From: Hyaloraphidium curvatum SAG 235-1
Taxonomy: Eukaryota > Fungi > Monoblepharomycota
Reading direction: 5' to 3'
DNA length: 64,000 nt
Assembly (NCBI GenBank): GCA_025558095.1
Contig: JAIVFI010000033.1
Location: 248,001-312,000 of the forward strand
Positions 48,236 to 58,930 of this stretch are shown piece by piece. The notes beneath the pieces are model-generated. The model ran no database searches, was not told the DNA's origin, and was given only the letters and a program-made list of their open reading frames with translations. The translations under genes and the position numbers were made by a program. Within the stretch, counting starts at the first letter, position 1, and each line of letters begins with the position of its first letter.

Positions 48236-50265
48236 CTATCGAAACATTTTCTTCAGGTTGAGCGACTTGAGGGAGCGGCTCGTCGACGACAGGGAGGGGT
48301 CCGGTTGCGGGACCGCGCTGCTCGGCCCCGCCGGTTGCACGGTCGCTGGCGCGGCCGTAGCCGGTTTTCCCGGCGCAGGGAGTTCGCCTGTCGTCGACGG
48401 AGCAACCACCTTGCTCGAAGGGTCCGAGTTGCGCCTCTCGAAAGCGGTGTAGTCGCTGCGATCGATCGGTCATCAGCGAGATCTCCCGGCTCCGTTGCGC
48501 CGACGAACCTCGTTGGTCTCCGCTTGAGCTCTCCCTTCGCAGACGCGGACGCGGAAGGCGCCTCCGAAGACTCGGCCGACTGTTCCGTCGACGTGCTCAG
48601 GGACGAGTGGCTCCGCACCTGCGTGTCGGCGTACTGGACGCCCGAGTTGGCCGAGTTGGTTCGTTGGAGCGAAGGATCGGGCACCGATCCGGAGGCACCG
48701 CGCTTCAGAGTGTCCACATAGACCGAGCCCGAGGTCGACATCGATCCCGACGGCGCGCGCGCGAGCGTGTCCACGTACGCGGAGGCCGAGCTCGTGGCGG
48801 AGCCCGGGGTGAGCCCGTCCACGTACGACCCCGCCGGCAGCGCGCTGGGCATGCTGACCTCGGCGATGGCGCCCGAACCACCGCGTGGGAGCGTGTCTAC
48901 GATGTGGGATTGGGAGGAGGTCGCGGTGAAGTCCGGGAGGCTCTTTACGTCGTCGATCGCGACGGGCGATCCGGACGACGTCAGCCGCTTCTTGATAATG
49001 TCCCGCCACGTTTTCCGGGGCTTGCCCATCAGGAAACCGACGAGCACGACCTGATGGCGCGCATTAGCCCCACATCTGGACGCTTGTGCGCAACGCCTCC
49101 TCACCGTCATGTTGTCACAACCGATACCAATCTCGTTAGGTTCGCGCGCAATGCAGCGATCCATGAGCTGCGCCGCGACAGCGTCCAGGTCCAGCCCCTC
49201 CGCTAACCGGACCCGCACGAACTCGACGGCATCCTTGTTCGATATGCAGTCCCAGATACCTTGAAGAACAGACGATGAGCGCAAGGACGGCAAACCATGA
49301 CGGCCACTCTACCGACCGTCGCACGCCAGAATCAGGAACTCGTCGTTCTCGCTCAGCTTCCGCTCAACAACGTCCGGTTCCGGCGACACCATTTGCTCGT
49401 TTAGCGGAAGCTCAGGATGCTGCGCGAGTCTTGTCAGCGGCAGCAGGAGGGCAGAGCATGTCCACCCACCGATTTGTACTCAAAGTCTCCCAGCGCGCGG
49501 GAAACGGCGAGGTCCCCCTCCACCCGATCGTCCTCCACCACGCCGCCGGCCCGCTTGATCCTCGCCGTCTCGGACGGCAGCGTCGGCTTGTGGTCCATGG
49601 ACAGCGCCACGGCCTCACCCGCGGAGCACAGCACGGCGCGGCAATCGCCCGCGTTTCCGACGTACAGCACGTCCTCGGGGGTGATGAGGGCGACGATGGT
49701 GGTAGCCCCGGCGTCGCAGTTCCCGACCACGGGGTCTTGGCGGCGAAGTCAGCCCGGACGGCCGTGCCGGGCGCCTAAAGCCTCACCTGACCGCATCTCG
49801 TTGTCGGTAAAGTAGAAACCCTGCTTGATGGCGTTGCGGAAGTCTGCCCGCCTGAACGACGGGTCCTTTGCGATCCGCGCGTGCAGGTTCTCTGCGAGGT
49901 AGCGCGACACCTCGTCGCCGCCGTGGCCGTCGTAGACCTGCGGGGGTCAGCTGGGCCTGATTTAAGGGCGGCGGCCGTACCCCGAAGAACGAGAACTGCT
50001 TCTCGGTGACGGTCTGCAGCTCGGCCGGCAGCGGCAGCCTGAGCACCGCCGCGTGCGCGTCCTCCATGCTGTCGCGCCAGCCCTGCATCGACCCGACGCC
50101 GAACGCGAGCCGCGCGTCGGCGCCCTTCGACAGCGCCTTGGTGGTCACCGGCAGCGGCTCCGGCAGACGCGCCTGCGCCGCGGGCGGCGGCCGCATCGCG
50201 CGGCCCGGGTCGCTGCGCGCATTGGACCCGCCCGACGGCCGGTCGCGCGAGTTGTTGTTGCCCAT
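48236..50265 (-). CDS. PP2C phosphatase Ptc2/Ptc3-like with N-terminal MG (possible myristoylation) and Ser-rich tail
   Basis: MQGWRDSMEDAH, VYDGHGG, NAGDCRAVL, DHKP, LAVSRALGDFEYK, LACDGIWD, GIGCDNMT. Confidence 0.92.
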
Positions 50266-50546
50266 CGGAAGTGGGCCGGTGCGGGGGGGACGGTTTTAGG
50301 CGGCAAGAACGTTTCGCGAGAATCGAGGGACCCCGTCGGTCGTTGCTGACCAGACCACTCTAACATTGATACGTGGAAGCAGACAGCTTGGCTCGAAGAG
50401 CAATTGGAGTTGCTACAGAAATGCTGCAACACTCTTGTTCCGGGCTCCTCGCACCCTGATGCTAGAATCCGGTGGACTTGGTTCGATCAGCGAGTACGAG
50501 CCCCACCGGTGCTACAGGTCAAGGCCGCTAGGCTCGGGTGCAGGCA

Positions 50547-52514
50547 TCAGCTCCCCACGCCGATCCCCATGTCCCGGATGCCGCCTTCCAGCATCTCCAT
50601 GAACTCCTCCGCGCCCTGAGCATCGCCCCTCCCCGCCATCACCCCCACCGTCTCCCCCTTGGCCTCCCTCCCCGGCAGAAAGCTCTCGACGGCGTCCAGC
50701 GCCTCGGCCACGTGCCTCCATCCGGCCGTCCCGGAAACCCGCAGGAACTCGATGCAGATCGCCGCGTCGGCCACGGTGCCCTTGGCCTCGCTGAGCAGCT
50801 CGGGCGACTGGAGCATCTCCCTGGCGGCCAGCACGTGGATCCACGCGGCGTAAAAGACGGCGTAGGGCTGCGCCGAGGTGTCGCTGTCGGCAAAGTGCTC
50901 CCGCCCGGAGCGAAGAAACCGCGAGATGGAGATGGCGCCGGAGCAGGCCGACACGAACGCCGGAGAAGCATACCAGGCGGGCGGCGCGGGGTTCAGGGGC
51001 TGCGGCGCGGAGGCCATCATGTGCAGTAGGTGGTGCATCCCCGCCGGGGCCACGACCGACATCATCGGCCGCCCCTGCGCGACCGCGTAGCGGATCATCC
51101 CCGCGATATCGTCCGCATCCACCATCTTGCGGATGTGCGGCGGCATGATCAGGATGCAGTCCCCGATGAGGGAAACCAGGTGCTCCCGCAGCCGCGCCGC
51201 CCTGCTCAGGCGCAGCGGCGACTGCGGGCCCGCGCAGGCGAGGTCGACCATGGCCCATCCCGCGCTCCGCGCCCATGCCTCCAGGCGGATCAGCTTGCAC
51301 ATGACCGCTAGCAGCATGGCCTGCATGCAATCCATGTCCCGGTCCTCGGGGAGCTTCGTCAGGGCCGCGAGCCTGCGGCCGCGGTCCGGGAACTCCATCC
51401 AGCCCAGCACCTCCCGCGCCGTCAGCTTGCTCGAAGGCAGGCTTGCCGCGGGGCCGTCGTGCGGCAAAGTCACGGACGCCAGCACGGCGGCGGTCACGGG
51501 GAACTCGAGGTCCGGCTCGAACTCGCCCATGGCCGACGGCATGGCGCCGACGAGGTGCGAGAAGCCGGCATCGTCCCGCATGAACTGGTACCACAGGAGA
51601 CGGAGGAGAGTCTGCCACGCGAGCCATTCGCCAGCGGTGGTTATGGGGATGGGGTCCATCGGGCCCGGGGAGGAATGTCCGGATCGGATGGCGAGGGTGG
51701 TCGCGTCGGGGGAGTGACCCGACGAGCCAGATGCGGAGCCCCAGGGGGAGCCCGATGCCGAGGAGGAAGAGGACCCGGGCGACGACGCACGCGGGTGCGG
51801 TCCCGAGCCGCCGACGACGATCCGCCGGCGGGAGTGCAGCTGCAGCCGCGCGGCCACCCTGATCAGCTCGTCGTTGAATCGTTTCGCCAGGACCGGGCTC
51901 CCGGTCTGCCTGAGCACGCCGTACACGCCGCAGAGCAGGCACTGCGCCAGCGGCAGCCCCACGCGGCGGTCAAAGTCTGCCCTGGCCGGGCCGCCGTCCG
52001 GGGGCGGCCGCGCCCAGAAGGCGCCGAGCAGGTCGGCCAGCTGGTCCCGCGCGTAGCGCTGCAGCGCGGCCCTGGCGTGCGAGTCGACTGCGTGGTGGTG
52101 CGTGAACAGCGATGCGTACCACAGCGAGGCGGCCCACACCGCGGGGTGGGTGCCCCCGGACCGGCATTCTGCCAGGAAGCCCGGCGCGTGGAACGTCCCC
52201 GGCCGCGTCGACTCGAGCGTGGCGAGGAACGTGGCGACGAGCAGGTTGGCGGCCTCGGCGGGCAGCTGCAGCGCAGCCGCCCGCGGCACGCCGCGAGGGA
52301 CGACGCCGGCCGCGGCCCACGCCTCCCCGCCCCGGCCGCGCTGCGCCTCCCGCCGGCCCTCGCGCCGCTCGTCCTTCCGATCGCCGAACCAGTCGCGGTC
52401 CCGATCGTCGGTCTCCCGCCACGGCCCCGGCCGGCGCCGGCGGTCCTCCAGAACCCGCAGCCCCCACGGCATCGGCGCACCGCCGCCCCGTTCCGTCATG
52501 CCGCCGCAGTCCAT
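50547..52514 (-). CDS. Intronless protein with fungal transcription-factor middle-homology-like region; no Zn cluster seen
   Basis: 655-aa ORF; FHAPGF, LAQCLL, LRLLWYQFMRD, WYASPAFVSA..AISISRFL patterns; very high GC; start uncertain. Confidence 0.5.
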   Translation of the reverse strand: MDCGGMTERGGGAPMPWGLRVLEDRRRRPGPWRETDDRDRDWFGDRKDERREGRREAQRGRGGEAWAAAGVVPRGVPRAAALQLPAEAANLLVATFLATLESTRPGTFHAPGFLAECRSGGTHPAVWAASLWYASLFTHHHAVDSHARAALQRYARDQLADLLGAFWARPPPDGGPARADFDRRVGLPLAQCLLCGVYGVLRQTGSPVLAKRFNDELIRVAARLQLHSRRRIVVGGSGPHPRASSPGSSSSSASGSPWGSASGSSGHSPDATTLAIRSGHSSPGPMDPIPITTAGEWLAWQTLLRLLWYQFMRDDAGFSHLVGAMPSAMGEFEPDLEFPVTAAVLASVTLPHDGPAASLPSSKLTAREVLGWMEFPDRGRRLAALTKLPEDRDMDCMQAMLLAVMCKLIRLEAWARSAGWAMVDLACAGPQSPLRLSRAARLREHLVSLIGDCILIMPPHIRKMVDADDIAGMIRYAVAQGRPMMSVVAPAGMHHLLHMMASAPQPLNPAPPAWYASPAFVSACSGAISISRFLRSGREHFADSDTSAQPYAVFYAAWIHVLAAREMLQSPELLSEAKGTVADAAICIEFLRVSGTAGWRHVAEALDAVESFLPGREAKGETVGVMAGRGDAQGAEEFMEMLEGGIRDMGIGVGS

Positions 52515-53031
52515 CGAAACATTTTGCCGGGTTCAATCTGTCGCAAGCGCCACGCCGATGTCGGCCTTGGCGGATTTTGTGCCCCTAGGGACCGCTCACA
52601 TCAACCCCCCCGCCACCCGCACCCCGCCCCGGCGGGCCTTGTTCTCTCACTCACTTCCGATCACACCAAGAAGCTCATCCACCTTCAGCCCGATGCAACC
52701 AGCTACTGGTCCGGAAGATTGACGGTCGGTGCATAGGCGAAATCAGTTTCGCAGCTGTGCCGCCAGCGAATTCCATCGGCCGGCGCCTCCGACACCTGGT
52801 TGCACTGCAAAACGCTCGACCGCATGATAGCAGCACCCCGAAGAGGACCACTGCCAAGGACCCGGTCCGCGATTTAAGTAACTAGTATGATTTCAGCGAG
52901 TACAAAGCTGCGCTTCCCGACCGTCGCTCCAGCGGCGCGCCGGCCCGAACACGTGTGCTCTGCCCGTGGCCGAAAATCGAATCCGTGCAACGCCATGGAG
53001 CTCCGTCCCCCTGCCCGCCGTCCGGGCCCGC

Positions 53032-54455
53032 TCACTTCTCCTCCGCGGGCTCCTCGGGTTTGGGCTCCTCGCCGGCCTTCTCGCCGTCGGCTGGGGGGGA
53101 ACTATCAGCCTCCGACAACACGGCGCAATGTGGACGGGAAAACCCACCGTCCTGGAGGTCGGACGTCCACAGGGTAAGGTTATCTCTCAGGAGCTGCATG
53201 ATCAGCGTGCTGTCCTTGTAGGACTCCTCGCTGAGCGTGTCGAGCTCGGCAATGGCGTCGTCGAAGGCCTGCTTGGCGAGGTGGCACGCGCGGTCGGGCG
53301 AGTTGAGGATCTCGTAGTAGAACACCGAGAAGTTGAGGGCCAGGCCGAGGCGGATGGGGTGCGTGGGCGCCAGCTCGGTCTGCGCAATGTCGGTGGCGGC
53401 CTTGTACGCGTCGTGGGCCTTGTTGGCGGCCTCCTTCTTCTTGTCGCCGACGGCGAACTCGGCGAGGTAGCGGTGGTAGTCTCCCTTCCTGCGATGCGCC
53501 GGGGCCGCTCAGCACGCTGTCCCGCGGAGAGGGCGGGCGGGACCCACATCTTGTAGTAGAAGACCTTGGACTCGCCGGCCTCGGCGTGCGGGATCAAGTG
53601 GTCGTCCAGGACGGTGAGGATGTCGTTGCAGACCTCGGTGAGCTCGTTCTCGATCTTCTGGCGGTACCCCCGGATCTTTCCGACCTGGGCCTCGTTGCCC
53701 TTGCTCTCCTCCTTCTGCTCAATCGAGGACACGATCCTCCACGAGGCACGCCGGGCGCCGATCACGTTTTTGTAGGCGACCGACAGGAGGTTGCGCTCCT
53801 CGACGGTGAGCTCGACGCCCATCTGCGGGTTATTTCGGAGCGGGGTCAGGCGGGCCGGCGGCCGGGAGCGCGGGCATCCGGCGAACCTTGGCGACGTCCT
53901 GCGGTGGCGAGAAAAAGTCAGCGACGGTATTCGCCGGCGGATCATGCACCGACGCACCTTCATGAACTGGACCATCTCTGGTGGGGGCGGGGGGGGCGGG
54001 CGGCGTCAGATCGCGTCCGGGAAGCCGGCGGCGCACGCACCGTCGTAGCGCTCGGCCTGCTCGGCGAGCTTCGCCATGTAGACGAGGTTCTCGCGTTCGC
54101 CTGGCGGCGCGGGAGCGGGGGGAGGGGTCAGCGCCGGTCGGGGGCCCACGTGAAAGCAGCGCGCCGCGGCGTCCGCGGCCCATCGAGCCGCGGCCGCGGC
54201 ACCAATCCCTGCGAATCCAATGCGGCGCGGCGGCGGCGCGGCATCCGGCCGGCGGTGTGCGCGGCGGCGGCAGCCCGGCGGGGGGCGGATGGGCGGCCCC
54301 GCCCCGCCACACCGGGTCCCGCGGCGGATCCGCGCGCGGCGCGGCGCATCTCGGCGGCGGCAGGCGGCGGCGGCGCGGCGCGGCGCGGCGGCGGCGGATC
54401 CGCGCGCGCGCCGCAGGCAAAAAAGGCGGGCGCGCGTACCTTTCTGGTCGCCCAT
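53032..54455 (-). CDS. BMH1: 14-3-3 protein
   Basis: MGDQK|[76 protein letters not shown]. Confidence 0.97.
54101..54439 (-). other. Long, extremely GC-rich first intron of the 14-3-3 gene with GGCGC/GGC repeats
   Basis: G|GTACGC donor and CTGAC..CCAG acceptor; 339 nt; joins MGDQK to GERENL in frame. Confidence 0.75.
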
Positions 54456-54668
54456 GGTGCGCGGCGGCGGGGTCGGCTGGGGCGCGGAAAAGGATGAGGC
54501 GGAGAGCTCCCGAGGCGGGCGCGCTGCGGGGAGGGGCGGGAGGTGGGTGTGCACCGCCGTGGAGTCGTGAGGGCGCGCCCTTCGGCCAACCCGCTCACAG
54601 GTGACGACATTCGACGTCCGTCCACAGCCGTCGATCGGAGCCGCCCGCCCGCCTACTAGCAGGCAGAT

Positions 54669-57600
54669 CTAATTTATTATAGATGCCGGCAGCCCCACGC
54701 CTCCGCCGTGTCTGCGCGACCGATCCGTCCCGGCCCCTCCAGGGACCCCTGCTGCCGCCCGTGCACCGGAACCGTCCGGGCCCCGTGCGGCGGCCCGCAC
54801 CGCCGCATTGCTGGTAGTCCGATCCGTCCGTCAGCAACCGCACCGCGCACCGCCGCCGCATGGCACCCACTAGATTTCCGCATCCGCGTCCGAGGGCCAC
54901 ACCGGGCCAGAGTTGCGCGCGTGCCGCTGGAAAAGCGCGGAATCCGGATGCGGCACGGCGCTGCTCTCGGACGGGCTGAAGATGGCGAACGACCGGAACT
55001 GTTGGAGGTATCTGCAAGGAAAAGCCGTTTGTCAGTGCCCCTATCTCCTTTTCGAGGGACGCCCGATCCCCACCTCCCGTACTCGTCCGCCTCCTTCGCA
55101 GACACCGCAGGCAGCCTGATTCCCGGCGTAGCAGCCCGATCCGGCCCCATTCCGGCCCCCTGAGCCCCCCCGTCACCGTTTCCCTCCCGATCCCCCGCGG
55201 ACCCTGGCAGCGATCGCCCCGCCCCGCTGCCCCGGAAACACCGTCAGCCCCCCCGCACCGGCGGACCGCACCGCACCCACGCATTGCCCGCCGCATCCGG
55301 GCCGACGGCGAACGGGCTCGGCCCCGCCCGGCCACCGGCCCGCTCCGCCGCGCCCTTGACGTTGTACGCCACCAGCCTGTCCAGCGAGCTGCGGGTCAGC
55401 GGCCTGTACACCCGCTCGAAAAGCTCCTTGGAATGCGCCGGCGGCGCAGGGTCGGGTGCCGGATCGGCGGCTGGGGTGTGCCAGGCGACGTAGCTGCGCT
55501 GCCTGCACTCGGCGCGCGGGTCCTGGTTGTGCAGGTGCGAGTCCGTGGGGAGCTGCCAGAGCTGCGGGCCCTCCTTGGTGGGCACGAAGTTGCCGAGGAA
55601 GAGGTTGATCGCGTCCTGCTTGTCCGAGTCTGCCACCGAACTCGTCAGCGGGCTTCTTACGCTTCGCGAAACGAAGGTTCGACCCACCGGTGAACGAGTT
55701 GCTGTAGAACCTCCTCAGGCTCTCGATCATGTCCCTGGACTGGTTGCTCCACCGCTGGACCTTCCTGTACGTCTCGACCGTGTTGACCAGCTGCGAGCCG
55801 CCGTACTGGAGTGCGATCGCGTCGCCGTGGTCCTGGTAGACCGAGTTGAGGGCGCGCACGACGTCCGTGTCGAAGGCGAGGGCCGGCGAGGGGATTATGC
55901 CCAGCGCATAAAGCTGGTAACGGTGTTTCAGCATTCCGTTGGTTGAGAATGGGAGCGCACCCACCTGGTGGCCGAGTGCGCACTTGGCAATCACAAACTG
56001 CGCCGCGTTGGTCCTGTCCAGGCAGTCGATGCAGTTCGTGCGAATCACGCCGCTTTGCAGCCTGAACAGAAGCAAGTCAACATGAAGAACCGCAATTGGA
56101 TTGTATCGTCTGCCAACCTTCTCCGCTTTCGCTTTTCGGCATTTCTTCAGCACCAAAGTCAGAGAAAATTGCAGCCATCCGGCCGCAAAACCTACTCGGG
56201 ATGTCGCAACAGATTCGCCCGGGGCTCCGGCCCGCTGTGGAAAAAGCCCGTCCGCGCCAGCACGTCCTCGGCAATCCCCTCAAGGACCTCGATCACATTC
56301 TCGTCCTCGCTGAACGCAAGCGAGATCAGCAAAGACACAGGCCAACCGCACACAAGGAAGTACCTCTTGAGCGCCCTCGCCATGTCCCACTGGATGTACT
56401 CGATCCTCCTCCCCGGTTCGAGGAACTGGTTCAGGTAAGCAACCCCGGCCGCGTACTCCTCCCCGACCAGCGACTCCCGCGGCACCGACTCCTTGGTCTT
56501 GACCAGGTTCAGCACGATCACGGGCGCCCCGTAGCGCCGGAAGAGCATGTCGAAGTGGAGCGCGGCTGCGGAGTAGAAGGGGTCCCTGTAGTTGACTGGC
56601 GGACGGTGAAATGGGGTTCGGTGTGCCGGCACGGAACGCTGCTCACTTTCGATCGGCGGCTTGGGTGCAAGGTTGGAAGTGTCCTGCGACCAGAAGAGGG
56701 GGATCGACCCGCGGTGCTGGACGAAGGACGTGAAGGAGGGTTTGAAGCCCGAACGGCCGGGCGGGAAGTGAAACGAGGTGGTCATGCCGTCGAAAACGAT
56801 TTGCTCCGTTTCAACTTCGTTGGCAACGAAGCCCTGTGTATTTCGTCGTCAGTCCAAAAACATGACAAGGCGGCGCTCCTTACCTGATCGTTCGCGCCCC
56901 GCTTTAGGAACCGCGCTCCGGCATAGTGCCGAGATCTTCGAGCAATGACCGTCAAGAAGACCTTGTGGCCAAACACGTCGATCTCTGTAGTTGCAACAAA
57001 CCACGGTCAAGGGCAGCAAATCCCGATAACCGTTTCTGCACGCACTGCATTGATCGATGAACCCGTGGACCAAACACAGGACCCAGGGCGACGACAGATC
57101 CTCGAAAGCGGTCCGCAGCAGCGCGTGGTTGAACACGAACATATCGTTGGGCTCCGGCGGCGGGCCCGCGAGATTCCGCTGCAGCGTGTTTGTGAGGTCG
57201 TAACTATAACTGAAATAGAAGTTGCGCCGGAGGTCGAGGTTGGCGAATATTTGGAGGTAGCGCTGCTCGTCCGGGGAGCGCTCGATCTTGGCGCTGGGCC
57301 CGGGGACCGGCACAAGGGAGACGTCGTCTACGATAGGTCCCGTTGTTAGTAACCGAGATTATTCGACCGCACGTGGCCACCGCACCTATCTGCCATATTA
57401 CATGGCCACCGAGGATCCCCACGGGCTGCCGCTTGGTCACCGCGATGATGTAGTAGCCTTCCAAGCACCGCAGGAAGCCGACCAGCCCGTAAAACATGTC
57501 GAGCACCTTGCTCAGCCCTCCGGAACCCTTGTTCCCGTCTTCGATCATCTTCAGGAGGTCCCGTATCTCCTGTTTCGAATAGGAAGTCGGGTCCGGAATG

Positions 57601-57725
57601 ATGTGCAGGTCCCGCGTTGTCCGGTCGACCTTGAGAACGCGGTAGGCGGTCTGCTCCGAATCCGAAGCGATGATGAAGAAGCGGGACCGGGTTTCGTACA
57701 GCGTAAAGAGTTCGAGCGGGGCCAT
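54669..57725 (-). CDS. FIG4: PI(3,5)P2 5-phosphatase Fig4 (SAC domain)
   Basis: [79 protein letters not shown]|[13 protein letters not shown]; 3' end uncertain (54669 or ~54870). Confidence 0.93.
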
Positions 57726-57941
57726 GGTGGCTCTCCAGGGGTTGGGTCCGGCGGTCACGCTTCAACGCTTGCCACGCGTTGCGACGGGGCAGAACGCGCT
57801 CGGAGCAGCTCAAGCCCCTTCAATCGGGGAGTGACAGATCCGAACAATATAAAGAGCGAAACTCCGGTCGTATCAACATGGAAGAACGCGTGGATAGAGG
57901 GTATCGTGTTTGGGAATCGATCAACCTGCACTCGTCATCAG

Positions 57942-58622
57942 TCACGACTTGCCGCCCTTCTCCGCCGCCAGCGCCGACATCTTCAGCCCGATAACTTCGC
58001 CGACCACTGCATCGGCATGTTTAGCCCCTTACGGTGGTTGTCGTTCCGATGGGAACCCACTTCGCAGCATGTTCTGCCTGTTGTTGATCTGCGCCTGCAA
58101 TTCGTCCAGCTTCGTCCCAAGAAACTCGGATTTCCGCTTGAAGAAGTCTCTTGCGTCCTTATTGGACTGCCGATCGGCCAGGTTAATCACCTGCGGCGCT
58201 CAATCTCGCAGATCAGACCTTGGTGACGAAGTAGCCCGTTCCCACGTCCACAACCACAGAGTCCACGTCAACGATTTCCCCGGGAATGTAGAGGGATCCC
58301 GTCAGAGGTATCAGTGACGGTTTGCCTGGGCATTCGTGAGCAAGAGCAGGATGGGACAAGGCACGCTCACGCACCCTCTCCGCCAGTTTCCAAAGCCTCA
58401 AGGCAGTCCACGCTCGACAGAAACTTTTGCTGAGCAGTCTTCAGAGAGCCGAAAGACCCCAGCAGCTGCGAAAGCTCCTGCATTGCCCGGGCATCGGTTG
58501 AGCAACGCGTCCGGACCGAAACCTGGGGGGCAGACCTCCTCGAACTGCCCCTTCAGGTTGTTGAGCTGCGGCAAGGGTAACTCCAGCAGGTCCACGCCCT
58601 GCTTCCCCTTTTCATTCGCCAT
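57942..58622 (-). CDS. PFDN5: Prefoldin subunit 5 (Gim5)
   Basis: VDLLELPLPQL, LIPLTGSLYIPG, VVVDVGTGYFVTK, DFFKRK. Confidence 0.92.
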
Positions 58623-58930
58623 GATGCGGGGTGCAGACAGCAGAGGCCTCGGCACGGATTCCCGAAACCGAGAGGCCCCCGGCAAGCTGTGTCTTCGCGT
58701 TCGACGCGACTAAGCCCGCGACCAGTCCGATCTGAAACGTGGAAAAACGTTCAACGATTGATTGCTTTCGTCCGGTTCGCGAGGCGAGAGTCGAGGGAAG
58801 GGGTGAATCGGCGTTTCCCAGCGCGCCAGCGAGCGAGGCCGCAGTTTCAAGTGGGGACCCCTTTCCGTGACACCCCGCGAGGTCCGCACGGCGACCGCGG
58901 CACCGCGGCGGCCCGCGCAGCAGCGCCACG

